A stretch of DNA of 12,515 nucleotides from Oligoflexales bacterium (GTDB lineage: Bacteria; Bdellovibrionota_B; Oligoflexia; Oligoflexales; Bog-1112). Each line of letters begins with the position of its first letter. Within the stretch, counting starts at the first letter, position 1. Location of the stretch: positions 1 through 12,515 of the forward strand of contig JBGCDR010000425.1 of the NCBI GenBank assembly GCA_045105515.1, in the 5' to 3' direction. The position numbers were made by a program, and so were the translations under genes. Positions 1-7,466 of the stretch are shown here, piece after piece. The notes beneath the pieces are model-generated. The model saw only the letters and a program-made list of their open reading frames with translations. It searched no databases and was not told where the DNA came from.

Positions 1-1
1 A

Positions 2-304
2 AACTACTATGTGGCAGCAGCTAATGAATTTGGCGATGACATCTACAATAAGCGCTTTTATTTGGTCCATAACTGTAACGAAGCTCTTAGCGTTGTTTTT
101 GATTTCACACCTGTCGTAGGTGGCGCAAAAGGGCTCGGAGAAGCCTACTATGGCAAGGATTTAGTAACGGAAGAAGATTTAGCTTGGTGGCAAAGGTGTA
201 TTGCTGCGGGTGCAATCATTCCAGGAGCTGGACCTGCATTAAAAAGAATCTCTAAAGCAGCCAAAATTGTCAGTAAAAAAGAAAGAGTTTTTCTCAAGAA
301 CTAA
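2..304 (+). CDS. 3' part of a polymorphic-toxin-type gene (Hint/PT-HINT C-terminus + pre-toxin TG domain); 5' end is outside the window and no toxin domain follows
   Basis: The frame of ORF 11..304 is open from base 2 (NYYVAAANEF...YLVHNC). 'NYYV...LVHN-C' matches the Hint C-terminal splice/cleavage motif. 'FDFTPVVGGAKGLGEAYYGKDLVTEEDLAWWQR...IIPGAG' matches the PT-TG consensus (DFxPxxGxxKxxxEAxxGxDxxTGExL..W.R). Confidence 0.8.
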   Translation, partial: NYYVAAANEFGDDIYNKRFYLVHNCNEALSVVFDFTPVVGGAKGLGEAYYGKDLVTEEDLAWWQRCIAAGAIIPGAGPALKRISKAAKIVSKKERVFLKN

Positions 305-1032
305 GTTTATTAACTATAGTCCTAAACTGGTATCGAGAAAACAAAGATTCAACATTTCCTCCACCAATCCTCAAAAGGCATAGAAAAAGATGTATCTATA
401 AGGAGATTCCGGAAAGAGTTCCGGACTATTACATCAGTCCAAAGGATGTTGTGCCATGGCTAAACTTCTTGCGTGAAAAGGTTGCGGATAAAGTCTACTA
501 TAGATTGGCTTTATTTATGATTTTAACTGGTTGTCGAGTTGGAGAAGCTGCTGGTTTGTGTTGGGACGCAGTTCAATTAAATGCTGAGAAGCCATTCATT
601 AAAATAATACGCACTCGAAATTGGATTGCAAAATCAGGACAAGAAAAAATTAGGTCGAGGGTTAAAACGAAAAATGCTCGAAGGACAATTAACCTGCCAA
701 AAATACTCGTTGGTGAGTTGAAAAAAATCAAAATAATAGAAATCGAAGGTGAAAAGCCAGTTTTCTATAAAAGTGGAGGAACTCTATTTACGGTCAGAAC
801 AATTCACAATCATTTCAATAAAGCATTTAAACATCTGAACTTACCCTGGAAAGGAACCCATATTGCAAGGCACACTTCAGGAACTTTAGCTTTAATTGCA
901 AGTAAGGATTTAGCAGTAGTTCAAGCAATGCTTGGTCATAGTAACGTAACCCAGACTCAGGAATATGCAAAAGTTATCGCCCTTCAAGACAACTTTGCTC
1001 CTCATAAAACAGCTGAGCTTTTAGGCCTTTGA
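277..1032 (+). pseudogene. 5'-truncated tyrosine recombinase / phage-type integrase (catalytic domain intact)
   Basis: Catalytic motifs TGCRVGE (R), VKTK (K), HIARH (HxxR), LGH and TQEYA (Y). The frame of ORF 451..1032 is open upstream to a TAA at 274-276 and reads KRKSFSQELSLLTIVLNWYRE...PDYYI, which looks like part of the core-binding domain. There is no ATG/RBS there, so the N-terminus appears lost. Confidence 0.85.
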
Positions 1033-1055
1033 TAATTCATGCCTAATTTCATGCC
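1033..1055. repeat. Tandem imperfect direct repeat TAAT(T)TCATGCC x2 directly after the integrase stop; candidate integrase arm-type site of an att junction
   Basis: taattcatgcc (1033-1043) and taatttcatgcc (1044-1055) are seen directly, followed by a T-rich tract at 1079-1087. The att role is inferred from position. Confidence 0.5.
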
Positions 1056-1137
1056 CTAGGCACAACTACCGCCCCTTATTTTTTTTTATTGTAATGGTTT
1101 AGATCAATATTATAAATTCCATCGACCATAATGAAAG

Positions 1138-1355
1138 CGGTAAATTCACTTTCAGGGGATTAAGGCCCCAAATTGGCGATATCACCCTCGCCTAAGCCAG
1201 TTGAGCTAATTGAGTTCGCTGATAACTTAAAGTGAAATCCACCGAAACACTCATGGAAAAGTATCTTACTCCCCTCCCTTCAAGGACTTACTGGCACCTT
1301 CTCTTGAAAGGGTTAGCCTCATGAAGGTGGGGCCACCTAGGCATCCGTAGAGAAA
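1138..1355. ncRNA. Candidate structured non-coding RNA (possibly 6S/SsrS-like rod, or a cis-regulatory leader)
   Basis: Nested complementary blocks: GGAT 1157-60/ATCC 1343-46, GGCCCCA 1164-70/TGGGGCC 1328-34, ACCCT 1184-88/AGGGT 1309-13, GCCAGT 1196-1201/ACTGGC 1290-95, GATAACTT 1221-28/AAGTATC 1259-65. No long ORF. Strand unresolved. Confidence 0.4.
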
Positions 1356-1430
1356 TTATCTCAAAGTTGCTAATTTAAAGCTAAGTGTCTTAAGCTTGAA
1401 AGCCATATGAAGCAAAGGTAAGCATCTGGA

Positions 1431-3086
1431 GTGAGTATTTATTTCGAACACAATGAACAGTTTATTCTGATCCAAGGACAAACATACCCACATCGTACCG
1501 CCATTAGATCTCTCGGCGCGACTTTCTGCGGCCAAAGAAAATTATGGCAGATCAAATTTAGCAATGAAAACCTTTCTAGGGTAAAAGAGTTGTGCTCGAG
1601 TTTGGGTAATGGCGTTTCTAATGGAGATGCAAAAAAACTCAAGAATAGCGCTACATACCAAGCTGTTTCCACAGACCATGCAAGCGCTGGCGAGCATGAA
1701 AGCTACACCATAGCTGAGGTTATGAGCCATGCTGCCAATTTGATAAATCAAGGTTTTCCAAATAGCATTTGGATCATAGGAGAAATTCAAAACCTCCAGC
1801 AAAGAAGAGAAGTCCTCTATTTCGACTTTGCTGAAGCTGATTCCGGGGGTTCAGGAAAAGGCACTGTGACCATCAAAGCAACCATTTGGAAATCTAGTTT
1901 TGAGCGCATCTGTGGTCATCATGGTAAGCAAAAAATTCAGGAAGTCCTGCAAGACGGTATGAAAATACGCTGCCTTTGCCAGGTAAGCATTTACAAGGGC
2001 CGAGGACAACTTAGCCTTAACATCCTCAATATTGACCCAAAGTATACAAAGGGAGCTTTGGCCTTAGCTAGGGAAGCCTTACTTTCAGAGCTAAGACTCA
2101 AAGGCTTGGATAAAACAAACAAAAAACTCAAACTCCCGGCCATGCCACTGAAAATTGGTCTTTTAAGTGCCCCAGGATCGAGAGCCCTGAGTGACTTCAC
2201 TCACCAATTGCATGAAGGAAAATTTCCAGGTGAGTTGGTATTCCTCCCCTGCAGTATGCAAGGAGAAAAGGTATGTAAGGATGTGGTAAATGGCATTGCT
2301 GCGCTGACTGCCCAGCACTGTGACTTGATTGTTGTAACCCGTGGTGGAGGTAGCGCAGCAGACCTCAGATGGTTTGACATGCCAGAGCTCGCTTATGCGA
2401 TCGCACACTCTCCGGTTCCAATTGTTGCTGCAATAGGCCACCACGATGACTTTTGTGTCGCCGAAGAGATTTGCTTTAATCGTCAAAAAACTCCTACGGC
2501 CGCAGCTGACTTTATTGTTCAACAGTTTACTCGTCTTAATTTTCAACTGGAACAATGGATGTCTTTCCTTCACTCTCAAACTCAAAAAAGTTTAAGATCT
2601 ATTCTAGAGATTCGCCACAGATTAAAGGAAAAGCTAGCGTTCTCGTGGCAGAACCAAATTAACAAGCACCGGCATGGCATTATGGACTTGAATCATGGTT
2701 TTGGCAGGAAGGTGAACCTGACCCTGAATGAATGGGGACATGGACTTTCAAAACGAGGTGACGCTATAAGTAAGCTTGCGAATAATTGTTTAGAGCAAAA
2801 ATCTAGAGTCATTGAACAGAATCTGATTCCTAAAATGAACATGAACTCCCAAGCAATACTGCACCACCAATTCCTACAAGTAGAAAAGCTTAGCAGCGGG
2901 ATTCACGCTAAAGACCCTGCACCCTGGATGCAACGTGGTTTCACTATCTTGGAGTCAAGTCGGCAGAAAATTAATAGTATCAATCAGATCGATATCGACG
3001 AAAATGTTCAGGCCCGCTTGCTAGATGGCTTAGTCGAACTGAGGGTTATTGCAAAAACAAATAGAGAAAAAAAGGCTAAGATATGA
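1431..3086 (+). CDS. xseA: Exodeoxyribonuclease VII large subunit with an extra N-terminal domain
   Basis: OB-fold region (IWIIGEIQNL...LYFDF...GQLSLNI), catalytic-domain motifs IVVTRGGGSAADL, PIVAAIGHHDD and KTPTAAA, helical C-terminus ending in P...QRGFTI. Translationally coupled to xseB. Confidence 0.95.
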   Translation: MSIYFEHNEQFILIQGQTYPHRTAIRSLGATFCGQRKLWQIKFSNENLSRVKELCSSLGNGVSNGDAKKLKNSATYQAVSTDHASAGEHESYTIAEVMSHAANLINQGFPNSIWIIGEIQNLQQRREVLYFDFAEADSGGSGKGTVTIKATIWKSSFERICGHHGKQKIQEVLQDGMKIRCLCQVSIYKGRGQLSLNILNIDPKYTKGALALAREALLSELRLKGLDKTNKKLKLPAMPLKIGLLSAPGSRALSDFTHQLHEGKFPGELVFLPCSMQGEKVCKDVVNGIAALTAQHCDLIVVTRGGGSAADLRWFDMPELAYAIAHSPVPIVAAIGHHDDFCVAEEICFNRQKTPTAAADFIVQQFTRLNFQLEQWMSFLHSQTQKSLRSILEIRHRLKEKLAFSWQNQINKHRHGIMDLNHGFGRKVNLTLNEWGHGLSKRGDAISKLANNCLEQKSRVIEQNLIPKMNMNSQAILHHQFLQVEKLSSGIHAKDPAPWMQRGFTILESSRQKINSINQIDIDENVQARLLDGLVELRVIAKTNREKKAKI

Positions 3087-3316
3087 GTGAAGAGCAAATA
3101 AGAGAATCCCAAACTTATCAAGGCATGATCAATCGTGTAGAGGAAATTATTCAAAATATTTCTTCAGCTGATTGTGACCTTGATACCATGGTTGAAAAAG
3201 TTGAAGAAGGTTACTTGCTCATCAAGAACCTAAAAGATCGTTTAAACACTACCAAGGATAAGATTGAAAAGCTTCAATTGGACTTTGAACAAGAAGATTC
3301 CGAAACCGAAGATTAA
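3083..3316 (+). CDS. xseB: Exodeoxyribonuclease VII small subunit
   Basis: 77-aa helical protein TYQGMINRVEEIIQNI...DLDTMVEKVEEGYLLIKNLKDRL, typical of XseB. ATGA overlap with the xseA stop. Confidence 0.92.
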   Translation: MSEEQIRESQTYQGMINRVEEIIQNISSADCDLDTMVEKVEEGYLLIKNLKDRLNTTKDKIEKLQLDFEQEDSETED

Positions 3317-3329
3317 TCACTAGTCAGCC

Positions 3330-5735
3330 TCAACTGGCCTTCTTTTCTCTCTTGGCATCAATTTCCTTTTTTACATCAAATTTATCAATTTGAATAAAAT
3401 GGGATTGTCTATGTTTACTTGAAAGAATAACAATTTCCTCAAGTCCGCGCGGAACTGTTATCTCTTTTTCTTTAACCCACACTTTACAGGTTGGGAAAAG
3501 GGTACCTTTGATGCGAATAAAGCTTTTGTCATTGTAATCCATAGATTTCTTAACAAGACTAACCCGCTCTTTTAATCTTTCAGTAATACTTTTTAACCGC
3601 GAAACCCTAACCTGCAAATTAGCTTTAAGCTCATCAAGTTTTTTGGACATTTGATTCTTATTACGTCGGACTAATTCTCTTAAATCTAATTTAGTTTTTT
3701 CAAGCTGCTCTAAAAGCAAATCAAGTCGCTTTTTATTAAGAGCTAGTCGTTCTTCTATGATCCAATTGCTTCCAAGTGTTACGACCGTATCTTTTCCTTG
3801 GGCGAAACCAAGGTCACCTGTATCAATATTTTGTCCCACACAAAGATCACTGCCGGCAATGATTCCATCCCTATTGCTGATAACTATATTATCCAAAGTT
3901 TTTACCGTACTGGATAAGATCGCTTTAGTTATTTGTATTCTACCTTTGGCATGTATGTTTGAATTTTCAACAAAGTCAGCAGTAATTTCTCCATTGCAGA
4001 CTATTTTTCCAGTTTTGCCAGTGATGATTCCACCTTTCACCGAAAGTTTTCTACCGACAAAAACACTGCCACCCCGAATATGCCCGTCGACTGTAAGGTC
4101 TTTAGCAGTGAAAACTTCTGCTCCTGATTCAATACTCCCTTGAACAACAATGGGACCATCAAAATGCAAGTTACCTGATGCTAAGTTCACATCTCCTTCA
4201 TGGATAAGAGTTTTCACAACAGCTACCTGCATACCGGCAATCTTCATCACGCCTTCACAATTTGCATAAAAAGACGTTTCCACTGACCGAACGTTTTCGT
4301 CCATTTCGATTTCTGCAGGAGGAGGAGCTGGAGGAGGTACAGGTTTACCAAACACATCCTCACCGTCCATTGCCTCTTTACCATAAATTAATTCAGCAAT
4401 GTGCTCATCTTTCTTTACCATGGAAACTTTACTGCGCATTCCACGGTGATCTACATCTTTATCTTCGCTTTTTACCTTAGCTTCTACACTCTTGCTTTTT
4501 TGTTCATCCAGCTCAGATTTAGAAACTATTTTTGGCTCCGAAGCGGGGGTACCCGGCATTCCTTCAGCTATAATAATTCCATTGATGTCACGCTTCCTTT
4601 TAACATTGTCCAAGGCCCTAATCATATTGCCTTTGTGAATATTTCTAAGACCAAGTCTTTTAAGCTCTTTTTCAAACCAACTCTCACTTATTTTAAGTTC
4701 TGGCTTCTCAAAGTATAAGGATCGAAACTCTATGATAGTCGCCTGCATATTACTGGTGCTTAACTTGATTCTTAAAAGCCCCTTACCTGGATAATTTGGA
4801 ACTTGTTTAGATTTTGCAGCAGGGGCCGCTCCATTTTGTGGTTTGTCCCCTTGGGTATTTGCAAGCTTACCCTTTGCCTGTCCCTTACTGCTACTAAGTT
4901 CAGAGTTATCAGCCTTAATACCAATACCACCGGCACTGGGTGAAGCTGCAAGTATAGAAATAGGCATTTTCAAGCCAAACCTTTCGATTCCATGAAGTGC
5001 CAAGGAGATATCAGCTTTTATTTGGTTTTTCCAAGCAGTTGCAGGGGCTTTCAGAACTCTGGTTTTGGCTTCCAAAGTTGAAAACAATTGCGTTATCATA
5101 GAACTATCATGGAAAGGAACTATATCGAAGATAACTAGCTTAAGTTGGGTTTGAGAATCTTGGGGCATAAACGTGTAAGGAGCACCACCAAAAATCTTTT
5201 GTTTCTCCATAGTCGTAGCTTCAGCTAGAGAATAGTCCGATAAGGCTTCACCTAAAGCTAAACGATTGAAAATTCCTGTCACTTGAGCTTCACATGGATT
5301 TGCCCTGACCTTTTCTTGATTGATTAACATCTTGATCAGCAAATAGAAGGCCTTGGGGTGAACTGCTTGCAAACTTTTAGGATCCACTTCAGCATTGATT
5401 TTCCCGATAAAACCTCGTCCTGCTTGCGCAGTGAAGCTAACTCCATTAATCTCAGGAATTCCAGCAGCCAGGGTTAAATGAACCACAAAATCATCAGGAA
5501 CATTCTTAAAATTAGGCCCTTTAACCGCATTTACAAGATCGGTAAACCTACTTGCATAACTAGTAAATTTTTTGAAAGCTCCTTTCCCAATTTCAATTCG
5601 CATCTTTTTTTGTGTTCTTTCAAGAATATCTGGTGGCATAGAAGAGAGCTGGCGCAAAGATCCACAGCTAACCGAGGCTCTAACCTGAAGCGAGCCTTGA
5701 TTGTAAGTCAACTTAAGCCCTGAATTTGCAGTCAT
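3330..5735 (-). CDS. FapA (DUF342) family flagellar assembly protein A-like protein with long N-terminal extension
   Basis: DUF342 motifs: IIAEGMPG, VKKDEHIAE, GEDVFGKPV, GDVNLASGNLHFDGPIVVQGSI, GGII beta-helix repeats, C-terminal coiled coil, IRIKGTLFP. The first ~310 aa are unrecognised. Confidence 0.85.
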   Translation of the reverse strand: MTANSGLKLTYNQGSLQVRASVSCGSLRQLSSMPPDILERTQKKMRIEIGKGAFKKFTSYASRFTDLVNAVKGPNFKNVPDDFVVHLTLAAGIPEINGVSFTAQAGRGFIGKINAEVDPKSLQAVHPKAFYLLIKMLINQEKVRANPCEAQVTGIFNRLALGEALSDYSLAEATTMEKQKIFGGAPYTFMPQDSQTQLKLVIFDIVPFHDSSMITQLFSTLEAKTRVLKAPATAWKNQIKADISLALHGIERFGLKMPISILAASPSAGGIGIKADNSELSSSKGQAKGKLANTQGDKPQNGAAPAAKSKQVPNYPGKGLLRIKLSTSNMQATIIEFRSLYFEKPELKISESWFEKELKRLGLRNIHKGNMIRALDNVKRKRDINGIIIAEGMPGTPASEPKIVSKSELDEQKSKSVEAKVKSEDKDVDHRGMRSKVSMVKKDEHIAELIYGKEAMDGEDVFGKPVPPPAPPPAEIEMDENVRSVETSFYANCEGVMKIAGMQVAVVKTLIHEGDVNLASGNLHFDGPIVVQGSIESGAEVFTAKDLTVDGHIRGGSVFVGRKLSVKGGIITGKTGKIVCNGEITADFVENSNIHAKGRIQITKAILSSTVKTLDNIVISNRDGIIAGSDLCVGQNIDTGDLGFAQGKDTVVTLGSNWIIEERLALNKKRLDLLLEQLEKTKLDLRELVRRNKNQMSKKLDELKANLQVRVSRLKSITERLKERVSLVKKSMDYNDKSFIRIKGTLFPTCKVWVKEKEITVPRGLEEIVILSSKHRQSHFIQIDKFDVKKEIDAKREKKAS

Positions 5736-5842
5736 TTTATCTCTTCAAAAATTTAAACCAATAGTGGTCCCTTTTGCCTTCCCTATCTTTCGGTCGTTAT
5801 AAAAATTACATAAGTAACTGTAATTTTTTTTTAGTATTACAC

Positions 5843-5873
5843 TGCTTGAGCTTTTTTTGCTCAAGCAATTTTT
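5843..5873 (+). terminator. Intrinsic-terminator-like hairpin (or palindromic operator) between divergent genes
   Basis: Perfect 9-bp inverted repeat TGCTTGAGC (5843-51) / GCTCAAGCA (5859-67) with a T7 loop, followed by ATTTTT. Confidence 0.5.
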
Positions 5874-5993
5874 AGGACCCAAGAAACATATCAAAGATAT
5901 TGGAGTCTTTATTAGTTTTTTGATTTATTCAAACATTTCTTGCAGAAGAACATGAACAAAACAAGATAATTTCACGAAAGTTATAAATTTTTT

Positions 5994-6021
5994 TATAGTT
6001 TTGGAGTACCTAAACCGAATA
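5994..6021 (+). promoter_or_regulatory. Putative sigma28 (FliA)-like promoter for 6056..6430
   Basis: TATAG-N15-ACCGAATA, compared with the FliA consensus TAAAG-N14/15-GCCGATAA. The same pattern and spacing recur at 8053-8080 on the minus strand. Confidence 0.4.
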
Positions 6022-6055
6022 GTGCAAATATGAAACTGCCGGGGGAGGGCATTTT

Positions 6056-6430
6056 TTGATTTACCTAATTATCTTTCTAGCACCGGTTTTAATCTTTTCT
6101 TGCATCAAAATAATTGGACTTCACCAGTCCCAAATGCAGCATTTGCACGAATTGTACCTTGGTTACCAAACAGCTCTTGAGGAATATAAGCAAAATCAGC
6201 ATGATAGCGAAAAAAGAGAGCGTTGCCTGAGCTTAGGTCGCGAATACTATGGCAAAGCTTTACCTGGTCCTTATGGTGATAGACTTCAGAATCTATATAC
6301 CCAGCTAGATCTTAGTAAAGAGTTTATATTGTTTCAGAATCAGTTGGTATTGAAAGACCTCACTCTTGAAGACCCGTCACTAGAACAACAATCAAAGGAA
6401 AACTTTCCCACAATTCCCCTTGTATCTTGA
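6056..6430 (+). CDS. Hypothetical protein with N-terminal membrane anchor
   Basis: TTG start preceded by a GGAGG RBS. Hydrophobic N-terminus (IYLIIFLAPVLIFSCIKIIG) followed by a helical soluble part. Confidence 0.65.
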   Translation: MIYLIIFLAPVLIFSCIKIIGLHQSQMQHLHELYLGYQTALEEYKQNQHDSEKRERCLSLGREYYGKALPGPYGDRLQNLYTQLDLSKEFILFQNQLVLKDLTLEDPSLEQQSKENFPTIPLVS

Positions 6431-6536
6431 GCCTTAATATTTCAGTTTTTCCATTGACCTCTTACCCTCATTGCTGATATCAAGCAGCAGACACGGTCAC
6501 AAATTGCAAGCAATCTTCCATATTAAGGCTTCATTT

Positions 6537-7466
6537 ATGTATCTGATATTCTTACTGTATGCTCTATTCGGGAGCATTTTTACAGCTGGAAAAATAGGCC
6601 TCGAGCACACAGAGCCATTTTTTCTGATTGGCTCACGAATGTTGATGGCTAGTCTGATTATATTCGGATACCTGTTTGTATTTGATCGTAAAAGTTTGAA
6701 AGTTCCAAGAAACAGTTACTTGAAACTATTCTTATTGGGAGTTTTCAATATTTATTTAACTAATGGCTTTGAGTTTTGGGGGATGCAGCACATCTCATCC
6801 GCAAAAACGAGCTTTATTTATAGCCTTTCTCCTTTCTTCGCTGCAATACTGTCCTTTATTATTTTTGGCGAAAAGCTTAGTAAAAAGAAGCTCCTGGGTT
6901 TAACCATAGGTTTTTTAGGTTTTATACCAATCCTTTGGGATTCCGGAGCAGGTGAGACAAGCCCAGACTCCATTGCATTTATTTCAGCAGCTGAAATATC
7001 TGTCATGTTTGCAGCCCTTGCGACTGTCTACGGATGGATACTAATGCGCCAGCTAGTTTTAGATAATATCACTCCATTAGTTTGCAACTTATATAGCATG
7101 TTTATTGGAGGAGCTTTTTCGTTGTTGCATTCTCTATTTTGTGAAAACTGGAATCCCATACCTGTCAAAGGCTCTATGTCAGGCTACCTCGAATCCACAT
7201 TATGGATGATGATTGTATCTAGTTTAATTTGTTATAATCTTTATGGCTATTTGCTCAAGCGCTATACTGTAACCTTTATGTCTTTTTCAGGGTTTACAAC
7301 TCCATTTTTTGTTGGATTATTTAGCTGGTTTGCGATTGGCGAGACTCTTAGCACTGGATTTTATCTCTCTGCGTTTATCGTCCTTCTAGGCCTTATTCTC
7401 TTCTATCAAGAGGAGCTTAATAGAGAAGGAATACACTCCTCAGAGGCTTCCTTAAGGGCTCAGTAA
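6537..7466 (+). CDS. EamA/DMT family transporter, Chlamydia-type S-adenosylmethionine/S-adenosylhomocysteine transporter-like
   Basis: About 10 TM helices in two EamA repeats. Motifs GSRM, YLTNGFEFWG, SSAKTSFIYSLSPF, GWILMRQL, HS...E.WNPIPV, LICYNL and YQEE, which I recall from chlamydial SAMHT. ATG 6537 (preceded by TAAGG) is preferred over TTG 6471. Confidence 0.85.
   Translation: MYLIFLLYALFGSIFTAGKIGLEHTEPFFLIGSRMLMASLIIFGYLFVFDRKSLKVPRNSYLKLFLLGVFNIYLTNGFEFWGMQHISSAKTSFIYSLSPFFAAILSFIIFGEKLSKKKLLGLTIGFLGFIPILWDSGAGETSPDSIAFISAAEISVMFAALATVYGWILMRQLVLDNITPLVCNLYSMFIGGAFSLLHSLFCENWNPIPVKGSMSGYLESTLWMMIVSSLICYNLYGYLLKRYTVTFMSFSGFTTPFFVGLFSWFAIGETLSTGFYLSAFIVLLGLILFYQEELNREGIHSSEASLRAQ

Noticed and set aside
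451..1032. GTG 451 as the true start of a complete 193-aa integrase
   Set aside because: Integrase-like sequence continues upstream in frame to 277 and there is no clear RBS; better treated as a truncated gene.
1103..1195. Short plus-strand frame INIINSIDHNESGKFTFRGLRPQIGDITLA* (possible 3' remnant of an att target gene or tmRNA tag)
   Set aside because: No start codon, no recognisable family, and no tmRNA acceptor or T-arm ends. It cannot be excluded as a target-gene tail without the other att site.
1285..1320. SAM-I riboswitch-like GGCTAACC...GGTGCC on the minus strand
   Set aside because: The P1 AUC..GAG / GAU elements and kink-turn are not found, and no downstream methionine/SAM gene lies in that orientation.
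1100..1400. tRNA, tmRNA, RNase P or SRP RNA as integrase target
   Set aside because: No GTTCRA T-loop/CCA end, no GAGGAAAGTCC, and no SRP GGAAG-AGCAG motif on either strand.
1439..2585. Minus-strand ORFs 1439..1672, 1542..1802, 1991..2200 and 2163..2585
   Set aside because: Antisense shadows of the well-supported xseA; no motifs.
3757..5723. Plus-strand ORFs 3757..4143, 4262..4480, 4401..4718 and 5478..5723
   Set aside because: Antisense shadows of the FapA/DUF342 gene.
6471..6536. TTG 6471 start for the EamA transporter
   Set aside because: The extra 22 aa are hydrophilic and unlike the family N-terminus; ATG 6537 has an RBS-like TAAGG.
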